Part shown: one piece after another, positions 34,101-46,300 of the stretch
Position numbering within the stretch: the stretch's first letter is position 1
Layout: each line of letters starts with the position of its first letter
Notes under the pieces: generated by a model
What the model saw: only the letters and a program-made list of their open reading frames with translations
What the model was told of the DNA's origin: nothing
Databases searched by the model: none
NCBI GenBank assembly: GCA_965637545.1
Contig: OZ281498.1
Coordinates: 13,578,001-13,642,000, forward strand
Direction of reading: 5' to 3'
Source: Phallusia mammillata
Taxonomy: Eukaryota
DNA: 64,000 nucleotides
Translations under genes and position numbers: made by a program

Positions 34101-36549
34101 CGGTTGTCTCGATGTTGGTGTCCGTCTCAGGCTCGCGTGACGCGTTGCAATGCATCAGTAGCAGGGAGCTGATCGGGCTGTCTAACCGCATTGTCATGCT
34201 TTCCTTTGACCTGGCCCCGTGTCTGAAAAGCGTGGCCTCTGCACCGAAAATAAAAGTACATTTTCCAGCTGTGTAGACGCTGATTGAAGACTCAATTTGC
34301 TATGGGGATTGGGTTTCTCGTTGACGACGTACAACTAGCACGCTGTGGTTAATCGTGGGTGTTAACTTAAAAGTTCGTTTTTGGTATGGAGTCAAGCACT
34401 AAAAAATGGCCCTTTGTTTATTCATAAAAGAGATGAACGGATCAGTCAACATTTGCTGAAACCCAGTTGATAAAATCTAACCGGCGCAAAGTCAACCATA
34501 TCATGAAAAAAAATCATACGACTCAATCGCACATATTCCAACATATCAAGTCGAACACGAAGAGATAAAAGATGAATGACAGTTAGCTGCTACACCGAAT
34601 TCGGTTCCTAAAACAATAATGTTATAAATATCCAACCAGCATTTTTAATCTGTAAATATGCATGTGGGATTAGGTTCATAAGCGCTACTATAGTGGCACA
34701 TCACAACATTCTGTCATCATGTGTTAAAACTTGAAAGAATTTCACCTATCGCAAGGTTGGGTACAATGCTCTCACCATTTTGAAGTTCCATGTGTGAAGG
34801 GTCATCTGGGAACGTTTCAGTAACTGCCCCTTTTTGATGTTTGTCGCTTTTAGGAGGAGTGCAAGTGATATTGTCAAAAGGAACTTGCAAAATTTTTCTT
34901 CCTTGCAGATGAACAGGCGAAGCGCATATTGCACATTCAGGTTCAGTATCATGTCGAAAAATACTTCGTTTGCATCTGCAGCATAATTTTGTAGTTATAA
35001 TCATAGAAATCGGTTTTATGTTTGCTTGTTATTGCTTCTAGCAAATAATAGCGTTTTATCAGGGCATTGACTACAGATTACAAACATTGAAGGCAAAATC
35101 ATTGTTGTTATTTTTTCTGAAATATTGTCACTTGCACAACTTGTATGTTGATTCTGGTCAAATGGGCCTGGATTCTTCCTGAACACTTCTTTCTGTGCGT
35201 GCATGTTGCCAAGCAACACGTATTGAGAAATCGCAAACAGGTTTAACGGAAGGTTGCAAACTACAATGATTCACCATTGACCTTTAAAATTACCAAGTAT
35301 TGTTTGCCTTGAACGGACTCTGGTAATTTATTGCAATTCCCGATAGGGTTTAGTCATAAACACGGTTGTGGTGCAACCGAGGGCAGTGTCGATAATATTC
35401 TAGGCTTATATTCAGACCTAATTGAATTGTACAGGGATTGGTGGCACAACCGCAGCGATTCTTACCTATACTTGTTGCTCTCACGCATCCATTGATGTAA
35501 CCACTGCAGTTGGCACGAGCATTCCCATGGGTTTCCATGCAAATAAACTTGCTGCAAACTTGTTATGCCTGGCAGGAGCGCTTGCGGCAAAACCTCCAAA
35601 TCGTTGTGCGACAAATAAAGGTATTGGATGTGCGAGAAACTGTGCAACAAAACCAAAGGGTAAATGTAACGCAATAAAAACCAACACCTAACAATTAACA
35701 GTTTAACATCAGTTCAGTCACGTTTTGAACGTTGTTATAACAACGGTGCATACACCACGTTACGAAACAGGTGTAAACACTTAAACTTTGCAATTCTGAT
35801 ACTATATTTTTTGAGTTGTAAATGGGACGAAAATGACAGCCCGTCTAAGTCACAAACAAATGACAGATGTAGTCGACCTGATATTAAGGATAAGTCGGAT
35901 TTGGCACACACCTAAAATAGTTGTTAAAACGGACAGTGGCAAAGTTGTCTGCGTGAAGTTTAGACAACTTGTTCCCCTCCAATTGCACCAAGTTAAGATT
36001 GGTCAAGCCGATGAAGGCCTCCGGGTGGATAAAGGTTATTTTGTTGTGGTCGAGGTGTAAGCGTGACAGGGATGTCAGGTTGTCGAAAGATAACTTGAAA
36101 ACGCCGGAAATCTCGTTCCAACTTAGTCGAAGCACTTCGAGTTCCCTCAAAGAACCGAACTCACCACCGTGAATTGATCGGATTTCATTGCTTTGCAAAA
36201 ACAGAAAACGTAGAGTAGAACCTGCTTCAGCGAGCGCCGTCGTGGGAATGCGTTTGATCTTGTTGTAGGCCAGGTTGATTTTCACAACTTTCAGCGGCAA
36301 TTCTGCAGGGATTTCCGTCAGGAGACGAAACGTGCAGTGAATCTCGCGATTTCCGTAGCACTTACACCCATTTGCACAGCGTTCGTTGTTCAGGCGCTGT
36401 GAGCCGCTCGGTGGAAAAACTCTACCAACAGAACCAAGAGTTTGACGCCTGTGTCGTTTTTCCCAATGTTCGATGTTTCTTGTGTTAACGTAAGTGACGA
36501 AACATATACAGGCTAACAAAATCACTGCGGTGTTCAGTTTGTTTGACAT
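25174..36549 (-). CDS. IGSF10: IGSF10/MXRA5 (adlican)-like secreted protein: signal peptide, LRRNT, LRRs, LRRCT, 2 Ig domains, long Ser/Thr-rich stalk, several C-terminal Ig domains
   Basis: First exon from 36549: signal peptide, CANGCKCYGNREIHCTFRLLTEIP, LAYNKI, LQSNEI, LSWNEI, LDHNKITFIHPEAF, LEGNKL. LRRCT: LHGNPWECSCQL (35.5-35.6 kb). Ig exons: WTMLID...VVLRCRAMGSPRPTLSW (33.3 kb), DDAGVYYC (32.8 kb), AVPDATIAW (32.0 kb). S/T-rich exon 31606-~29860. Further Ig exons at 29.4, 29.0, 28.5, 28.0, 27.6, 27.5, 26.5, 26.2, 25.9 and 25.6 kb. Last exon ...DNGFYKCYARNMMGSAVKTLKLRVYH* with stop at 25174-25176. Junctions near 29.5-29.9 kb are unresolved. The sequence alone cannot separate IGSF10 from MXRA5. 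Confidence 0.85.
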
Positions 36550-39500
36550 AGCGGAACTTTGAACACGGAATGCTTGTATTCTTTCGTAACAAAACTTACT
36601 TCGGCGTTGGTTGACACATTATGTTAAAACGCACGTAATAATGTTAGTAGCCTTTAGCGCACAGCTTTACATACCATATGTTAGTTACTGAGTCACGAAA
36701 CCTGCAAGTATGTTACTTAAATTTTATTTTCAAAAACCACTCTCTCTTAATGCACTTTCTGTAGAAATTTTAATTAAAACTTAATAAACCAATGTTTAGT
36801 TTGTTCCATTATTAAGTTGCCCGGTAACTCTAGGTGCTCCCAATATTTACATTGAGATTACCGACATACGCTCTGGCTCAGCAATCAATACAACACTTGA
36901 CACAACTGACAGCGGGCGCGGGACAAAACTCCAAGTGGATAGCGGCACTTGCCTCTGTGTGCCCATCACAGAAAGAATTTAACAAGCTCTAATGAAGTGG
37001 AATGCCCAAGGAATCGAAATACTTTCCTTACCCGGGCGAAAAAGGCAGCTGTGGTTGTCACGCGGTATATGCACTCCAAGTAAACGTTATTTAGTGCTAA
37101 ACCGCCATGATAAATCGGTCTTTTCAATTTCAAGACCACCGCGGTGGATCAGCAATATGTGACATTCCTTTCTCATCTGGCCTAGATAAATAATTTCCTG
37201 CCTATAGGACACGTTTATCTTGTACAATAAAGCAATATAAAGCTGTCTATAGGCATTGATCTTGTCTGTCAACTTTCGCCCTTTATCTGAAAGGGGAATA
37301 ATGGGAAAATAATTTTACTGCATTTCAGTTTAACAAGACACGGCCCATTTCGCCTCCCGCTCTTGCTTTGGCGATGTGTGTGGCGCAAATAGAAGCGTCA
37401 GATTACTTTACATACAACTTTTAACCTGTCTAAACACCAAACAATGCGGCACCTTTCGAAACTACTCATGCAGAAGTTAGATGCAATAGAATCCGCAACT
37501 CTACAATTTGCACCTGCTTTAAAATCCCGCTACTTTGACCATAGCACTCCATTTCAAAGTTAGTTTGCAAATTTCACTCAAAGTTAAGTCAAGTTCTAGT
37601 TCGACAGTTGCAGCCATACTACATTTAGCTATAATCCTTAATGGCTTTAACACCTGTTGGTGAAATACTCGTCCTTTTTAAGGAACGCTGGAGTTCACCT
37701 GTTCCGACAGTTTGATTTATTGCTTCGTACCGCAAGCGAGCAATTCGGTCATGAGTTTCTCCATTGCTTTGTTGCTATCTATAATCCTCCTGCTGATGCC
37801 GTCAATGTCCTCAAATATTTGCACTATGTCTCGAAATGTTCGACACAATGCCCAAATTATAACAGTGAATAAGCTTCGTTTTTGGAATGTAACTTGCTAT
37901 TTGCTTTCACGCATTGTTAAAATGGTGATAAAAGCGCATAGGGTACGTCACGTTACAGCTCACTTTTACTGTCTTAACCACTAATGGCTTTCCTAAATCT
38001 AAACAAGACCTGTAGAAAGACCACGTCCATTAGAAACTGCACCGCAAAGCTCCTATTACTGCATTAAATGTCTTTACAAAAATGACAAGTTAATGAGAGA
38101 CTGAGTGAACATCTTGTGAGACCTAATTTTAAACCGGCAAAACATTTTAAGGCATAGAACAGACTGCACCAATGCGGTTCATTATCAGATAAGCAATTCA
38201 CCAATGTAGCCTTACGTCATACCACCGATTGGCAGACAAACAAAGTCAAGAGCGACTTACAAGGCCTTACTCAAATGTTGTGTACACCGAAACGACCTTG
38301 CTGCGTGACGTAGACGCCCGTACTATTATGATATCACATGGAAATCAGAACGGGACAATTGTGTTGTTTACAGGTGCGATCTCGCTAGTACGCCAAAATC
38401 GGTGGTCAACAAATTTGAAAGTGACTTCTTCGGGCGCCCACCACTTGGAAGTGCTACAGTTCATGAATATAGCCATTGTTGTTTATCGACGGCTCAGGTG
38501 AACCGCAAACACCCTTTGTGCGCATAAACCGAACTCCGGAACCATCCACTTAAAAGCATGAAAGATGACAGCTGGAACATCCTAAACTTGAACAAATTTT
38601 AAAGATTCTTATAAAGCGTTTTTGCCTAATTATTTCTAAAATCCAATTACGTTTCGAAAATGAATTGAACAAACACTGGCAATCCTTCCCTCAGCATTGA
38701 CCGCGCCATGGAATTTTACAAGATACCAGGTATTATTGAGTACTTTATATGATTCTGTAATACTGTCATTATAGTCAAAAATGCAGATTGCGCCGAATTG
38801 TGTCCGCACCATAAACTATACTTTGAACGTCCGCTTCCAGACAGGCAGCTAATAGTAGGGGCAAGAAACAAGCCACACGCAGAAATGGAATCGACTCGCG
38901 AACTGAGGAGTTTACGTATTGGGAGGATCGTCTGTTAAGCATGTTTGCACTGTCAAGAACATAAGTCATTGGTAACGACCGCAATTTTTTACTTTCCTTG
39001 CAACATTGCGTTAGTCGCCAACGGCCAGCTGGCAAACATGGGGGGGGGATAAACTGACATGTTGAAAGCATTTTTTTCATGGTTGAACTTTGATTGAACT
39101 ATTACGACATAAAATTAAGCTCTACCTCGCTAGGACGTCAGCATGCAGCAACATTATTATCATCAGACCTCCCTTAGCATATTGCTTTCCTGTAAATAAA
39201 AAACTTTTGGCATACTTTGACAAACTTTTCCATCAAATTTTTACTTCCAGGGGTTATTTTGTACTAGCTAACGCATTTTCCAAATTCTAAAATTTGCATA
39301 CAGAGTAAACTATCATGCGATTTAAGATATTGATTAGAGTTATTGACCTGCCGGTTTAGACGCGAAAAACCACAGCAAAGTAGCTTGTCAAAGCTCGTTC
39401 TGCTTCCCTTTTTATGATGGCAGCCTCAACAAGAGGCGAGCGGTCTTACATCAACATGATTTGCTCGGCACCTTTGTGACCAAAATCAACACCACTTCAA

Positions 39501-39625
39501 AATATCCCTATTCTTTTGCGGTGAATAATAGTTCGGTATAGATCTTTTTATGTGGTAAGTTTTTGTGAAACTTCTGTGCCCACGGAGGCAACTCCTATTA
39601 TATAATTATAGACGAGTGTATAAAG

Positions 39626-40098
39626 CAGTGGTTCCCAGCCTTGGGTTCGCGGACCCCCAAGGGGCCCGTGAGATGGTTTCAGGGGGTCCGTGGAGGCAAA
39701 CACTTGTAGTAGCATTAACAACAGTACAATATTTTTAAGTTCCCAAACCGTTTTTACAATCCTGTATATAACTGCAAACTGTTTATCAAACCCTTGGATT
39801 AGGAAGTGATTGTTACCTCCATTGTGACATCACAACACACATTAACAATAGAATTCTTAGTGCTTTGTTTTAAGTATTGTACACTAGAAAATTTATCCCT
39901 TTTAGTGCATTGACTGCTACACTACAGTAACTTTATTGAGATTAAAGGACTTTGAAGGTTGAATAAAATTCTGCCCCCAAAAAACGTATAATAACGTAAA
40001 ATGCAGGAAACCAAAATAGACTAAATTACGTTGGGGGTCCGCGGACCGATAAAGTTTATAAAAGGGGTCCGTGACTACGAAAAGGTCGGGAACCACTG
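39626..40098. mobile_element. hAT MITE, family C
   Basis: TIRs cagtggttccc / gggaaccactg; perfect TSD gtataaag (39618-39625, 40099-40106); subterminal ggggtccg repeats. Confidence 0.92.
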
Positions 40099-41752
40099 GT
40101 ATAAAGCGTATAATTTCACCCAAAACCAAGGTTGAAACATAAATGTATATGAAAGATTTGGCAAAATAGCAGAATGCAGTTGAACAAACTATTGGATTAT
40201 GAAGGCGCCGGATTTTAACCTATCCATTGTCGCACTATTTGTGGAGCAACGTATTATCCAAAGATTTGTCACGTAATCGGACAACACAATTCCGCGGTAT
40301 ATATAATACTTGCACTTTGAAGTGCGAGCATCGCCACGACCCACTGGGGCAAGTGCCAAAAATGTAAGCACAAAACGAGGAAATTGGAGATGATTAAGGG
40401 TTTTACGACAAACTTCTCCCATAAATCCGTCTTTTATGTGACGCAGTAAACTGGTTTGTCGCGTGCGAATAACAATGTCGTTGTTTCACTCCTGTAACCA
40501 TTTTTTCATATGCTCTAGTTTGTTTAATATAAATCTTACTAAAGTACATAGCCTACTTACTTTTGATAAAAGTGGAATTGTGTTATTACCAGTAAGGTAA
40601 GAACAACAAACTTACTTTTTTACACCCTATGCAAAAGACTGTGTACAATAGGTTATTACTGCGGGATCAAGACATGGCAAAACGTTTGTTGCAAAAGTCA
40701 AATGGTGCCAATTTTGGTAAAATCCCATCACAAATTAAAAATTTCTGATTTGCAGTTTTGAGAGTCTGAAACATTACTTGGACCTAAAGAAAAGAAAAGT
40801 CAGCAAAAATGTAAATAGTTGCACGACGTTAATCGTTTATTGTTTCCGGGTGAGATTTCAGACATAAATTTCCTGACCTTTTTATTGACATTGCAAATGG
40901 TTTCTGTATGCAGGCAAATATCACTGACTCCACCTGCAAGACAGGAATTCTTTAGTGAAGTTGATTGGCAGATGAATTACTACAGGACCTTAAATCAAAA
41001 ACTCATAAGTTTTTAAAAGTCCCACTTATTACGCTAATTCAAATTGTTCTCTTGCTGTACGAGTATATATGAGGAAAAAGTCAAATGTGGCACGTTTCCG
41101 ACGTTGAAAGGTGATGGTAATGTTAATGAATTCCAAATGTTTAATATTCAAACAATAAACAATATTAAAATAATCGGCTACGTATAGGCGTGCTGACGCC
41201 TTGGCGATTTAAGTTTTTTAAATAAATTATTTCGGGCAAAATGTGAAACTATCATTAAAAATGTCCGGACTTCTTTTAACAAGTAAAATACGCAAACAAA
41301 TTCCTAATAGGTTAGCCTACAAAAAGCGGTGTTTATATTTGTGAAGAAAAACAAAACAACAGTCAAAATTAAAAAAGTTTGGCGGTTGAGATGTTGTTAT
41401 TTTGAGTGGCATGGTTTGTCGATAGAGCAATTGAATTAAGTAAGTTATTAGTGCTATTTGGTTTGTCCAACAGTGTTTGGTTAGCGCAACCTATCTGTTT
41501 TAGAGTTAGACCACTTTTGTTCCATGCAGCATGTGGCAAATGCCAAACCTGGAGCTGCAGATGGTCATATTTAGCACTTGTTGTAGTAGTTTAGGATAGA
41601 TGGGCCCAGCCAGGGCCCGACCCGAAAAACACCAGCATGTAGCGGCCTCTCTCACTACCGTTATCGTGTGCTTTCATACTACAGCGAACCGGACAGATTG
41701 CCTTCTTTCTTTGGCTCTCGTCTTATGCGGCGTATTCGCACATTGTGTTATC

Positions 41753-42287
41753 CAGATGTGGCCAACACGTCGATCGCGATCGACTGGTCGATCGTCTGCT
41801 TTTGACTGGTCGATCGCACTAAATTCTCCATTACTAATCAAAAGCTTATTAATTGAAAAACAAATTTAATAATGTAAAACAGCACTTCTGACATTTTGAC
41901 ACAACGCACAAATGTGCAATGAGACAATAATAATGTACATGTCACTTTCTTTGTTGCATAACAATTTTGGCAACAAATTATGTCGTAACAACTACAATGT
42001 TTGTCGTCACAACTTGAGTGTTTGCGTTAACGAAGTAGTTGCAATTGATTGGGGATATTTAAAAGTTTGAAAAATATGAACATATACGACGTTTTATTGT
42101 AGTAAGAACTAGGTGATGCTTGACAACAAAACTCATGACTATAAATATGTTGTAATTGTCGAACAAATCCCATGCGGAAATTTGCGTTATTGCTTTGTGT
42201 CAGTGGCAAATTATTACTGATCAGTCGATAGTGTACAATTAAGAAAATTTTCGTCGATCTTAACGACTAACAAGTTGGCCACCCCTG
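41753..42287. mobile_element. hAT MITE, family F
   Basis: TIRs cagatgtggccaac / gttggccacccctg; subterminal gtcgat repeats at both ends; TSD imperfect (gttatc / gttattc). Confidence 0.75.
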
Positions 42288-43341
42288 GTTATTCTTTTAA
42301 GATGTACCTCGAATAAACACCTCGCTACAGTACTTGGTTCAAGTTAAAAATATATGTTTTTGCGACCCAACAAAGTACCATGAAGCTTTGGTTCGATGAC
42401 TTGTAATTAATATCGTGTGCACTGTACACTGTATAAATTGATTTAATTCCACTAAGATAGCAGAACATAAACAAACAAACTTGTTAGCAACAAGAAAATT
42501 TTAAATTTTAAAATGATCTAAACTAGGCCATTTAAAAAAAAGTGGGAAACACTCAAGGTACATCCCCCAAAACGTCAGTAAAGGCAAAGTGTCGTTCTGT
42601 AATCTGCCAGTAACAACACTCAACAGGCGGTTCGTATTCAACTACAAAGCGAGGTAAATAGTTTATAATTTTAAAAAATGCATTAAATATATTTGATTTA
42701 ACTATTTCATAAATGTTTAAAATGTTTGTAACAAAGCACATAGGGACAAGGGCGAAAGGGTTCAGCTGGCCAATAAATTGTTTTAGATGCTTCTGATTCT
42801 ACGTGTGTACTGAAAATGAACAGAAGGTATAAAAAGCTTTAATTTACTGGAATGTTATCAGAAATGAAGGTTGGGTAAGTGCTTGCCTTTCGCTTTTGTT
42901 TCCATATATTACATCTTCATTTAATAAAAAAATGCTTCATATGTATTTGCTATTTATGTGTAATATTTCAGCTATCCAGTTATCATACTTGAGTACGTAC
43001 ATTGTGTACCAATTTTAAAGAGCTCTTCTGGCAAATGTAATTTTATTCCGACGTTACATTGTGTACAACTAATAACAGCCTTAATACTCTTGATATTTGG
43101 TAATTTGTGGCTGCTTTACAATAGATATATTATAATATTCTTTGACTTAAATTTGCAATTTGTAAAGATCTAAAATGAATTTGTCACACAATGTTTATTT
43201 CACTAATAACTTGAATATATATACTGTAGCAATGAAGTCATAAAATTTTTGTTTTATTTGTCTGTTTCATGTTTTTTTGGTTATTTGTAGGTTTGCAGGA
43301 AAATAAACAAATGTGTCTGCCATCACCACAAGATTAATACA

Positions 43342-46300
43342 ATGTTGAACAAAATTGCCCTTTTTTCCCTGATGTTATTGTTAATTCAGGCTGCAACCTG
43401 TCATGTAATCAAAGATATGCCTGGAAGGCAGATAAATAAAAAACAGGTATGTGTCAGTTAGGGATTGTTTCAAAACCCCTAGACATGTCCTAAGGTATTT
43501 TTAGAAAAAGCAGAAAGTAGGTCGTATATAATTTGTTTCTAGTGTCATGCTTTATTAGGTTAAGGGCAAGCTGAATACAACTCATTTTGTGTAAACCAGT
43601 GGTTCTTAACCAGGGGGGCGCCAGACATTTCCAAGGGGGGGCATGAGCGAAAAGTTAAATAAACAAATTTATTTACCTTTGGACTCACCTCCACCTAAAA
43701 TTAATTTTGCAAGTGTAGTGTATTGTTTGCGAGCACAATCATTTTTCAAAAAAGAAATGAATGTTATGATGCAAAACACAATTTTTGAATAACGACATAC
43801 GGGGCCCTGTGACGCAGCCTTTCCCAAACTGGCACTCACGAGGCGAATTTGACAAGACAGCCGAGGGTTCCTTACCAAGATCTTGTTTGTATTCAGATTG
43901 TGCCGCTGTTTAATTGTAAAATTATGAAAAATATAAAAGTGTCGCATACCACTAATGCTTGTTTATTCTACCACAAAGAACTAAAAAAAGGCAATTGTTT
44001 GCACACAATTACTATTCTTTGCTTTTGTCTGTGACGTAACAAACTGCTTTTGGATGATACTTATGCCTTATAATCCTGTTAGACCAGATAAAGTTATTAC
44101 TAAAATTCATTATGCATGTTTGCACAATCTTTAACACCGTAATTAGGTGATCCTTGGTTTACAACATAGGCAACGGAAACTTCTGGTAGTTCCATTGCTG
44201 CATGTGTTAAGTCGTTTTTTGCCTGTTTCAGGGGGAGGGAGGGGGGGCGTGATGTGCCCGACAAACACCTTAGGGGGGCGTGGACAAAAAAAGGGTTAAG
44301 AACCGCTGGTGTAAACTAAGTAAGCTTTGTAAAAGTATCAAGCCAAAAAATGATAAGCTGCAGACAGTGTTCCAATGTATAAGGTCTCATCATTGCAATT
44401 TGTGACCGAAAATAGGCCATATTGACTACGGATGCAGCCATGAGACAACATAAGTTGAAACAATGTGCACTGTCTGCAGCTTAATTAAGCTTTGATCAAA
44501 ACTTTGGAATGGTTTAATGCCTAGATCAGAAACAATAGATCTCTGCTGCTGATGAAGTATATCATAAATAAACCTATCTATAAAGGCAAAAATCCTGAAA
44601 AATGTTACATAATACATGGTACTCAGCCCAATAGCATATTAGCACCAACTTTATTTACAATCAGTCATTTGAAATAGCAAGGGCTCAAACACTCAGCCAC
44701 AACCTAATTGAGATCCAAATTTTTTGTGTGGAAAAACTTGAAATATCATTTAGTTTGAGCATTTTAAAAGTGTTGTAGGTAATTAGTGAGGCTCTCATGT
44801 TACTTTGAAGATTGTTTCTGGTCCGTAAAAAATTAAGTTGGGGACAATTAATGTATCTTGTACATTTAATATTATTAACTTGTACATTTAATATTATTAA
44901 CACAATCGTTGTATTTTGCTCAGAATAATCAGAATGTGAAGCAAAATGTTCAAGAGATTATCAGAAATTTGCCACAGGATTCAAGCAAATCCAAACAAAG
45001 TATGTTGCAGAAAAATCTTTTTTGAATTGCCATCTTTTTTGCCCTCCGCTACTCCTATTTAGTTTCTGTTTACTTTGTTTTTCCAGATTATTTAATTGCT
45101 TATTAGTTTCCGTTCACTTTATTTTTCCACTTTGTTTACTTGGATTACTCCGTTTTTGGACATTTGTAGCCTGCCATCTTTTTTGCCATTGTCACCTTCT
45201 CGTGTAAGGGGTGGCTGACAGGATGACCATGAGGTTTTTTCCCAGCATGCACAATCTTTGTGTTACAACCTATTTTTGTTTAATTTAAGTGCAAATAAAC
45301 TAAACTTGAACTTAAATATTGCTATAATATGTCGCATAATTTATGTAAAGTTTTTTTATTTTTAAAGAAGATTTAGGTAGTCTCCCTCTTCGTGGTTTAT
45401 CAAACATGAAAGTCAGAATGGAAGACAAAGTGAAACAAGCGCAGGCCAAGGTAAGAATGTTGTGGTGTTTACCATATGTTTTGCTATGCAGTGGTGTTAT
45501 TTGTCCCAAGGTAAACCAAACCAAACACCTATCCGAAAATGAGAAAATTCTCAAACTGCATGTTTTGGAAATGTACATGGAGGAGTTGCAAGAAAATGAA
45601 AGAGATATGATAGAAGCAGAACAAGGTGTTTGGGCAGTTATATTGTATCTAAACATTTATTGAAGAATAAAAATTGATTAAGAAACAAACAAACCTTTTC
45701 GTTCAATTTTTAGCTTTACGGAAATCATTGGCAATGGATTTTAGAAATTCAACCACATTAAAAGCAAATCGAAAAAAGAGACTTGATGCTTTAAGAATGG
45801 CAACTTTAAAAGAAGAGAGAAGCTTAAACAGGTTTTGTATAAATCTTTCAAAGTTTTTGTTTGTTGAAATATTTAAGGCATCTGCAGTATTCAAAAAAAA
45901 TTGTGTCACTTTTTCAGGATGAATGAATTTGAGATTGAAATGAAAAAGTATATGGATGTGACAAATGATAGTTCTTGGATGAGTGAACTTCTCAAGGAAA
46001 TTTCTCATGCTGCAGATCAGCTGCAAGACAGTGTTGCAGAAGATATGATGTCTGATAATGAAATGCAGGTGAGCAAAAGCACTGATGTATAAAACATGTG
46101 TATGATGGTATGTTTTCACCATCAAAGAACAAAAAAAGTTAAAAACTGTAAAAATGTCTTTATGTTGAATCGATAATATCATTGTTAACCCACGATATTT
46201 CAATGGAAAAAAACACAAGTTCAAGTTGACATTTTAAAAACTTTTGTAATGCTTTCATGGTATTTAATAAAAGCAACACCAAAAAAGTGTTAGAAATTTG

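Noticed and set aside
44857-44901. Perfect 22-bp tandem duplication in TMCO3 intron 1
   Set aside because: Real but an ordinary slippage event with no evident consequence.
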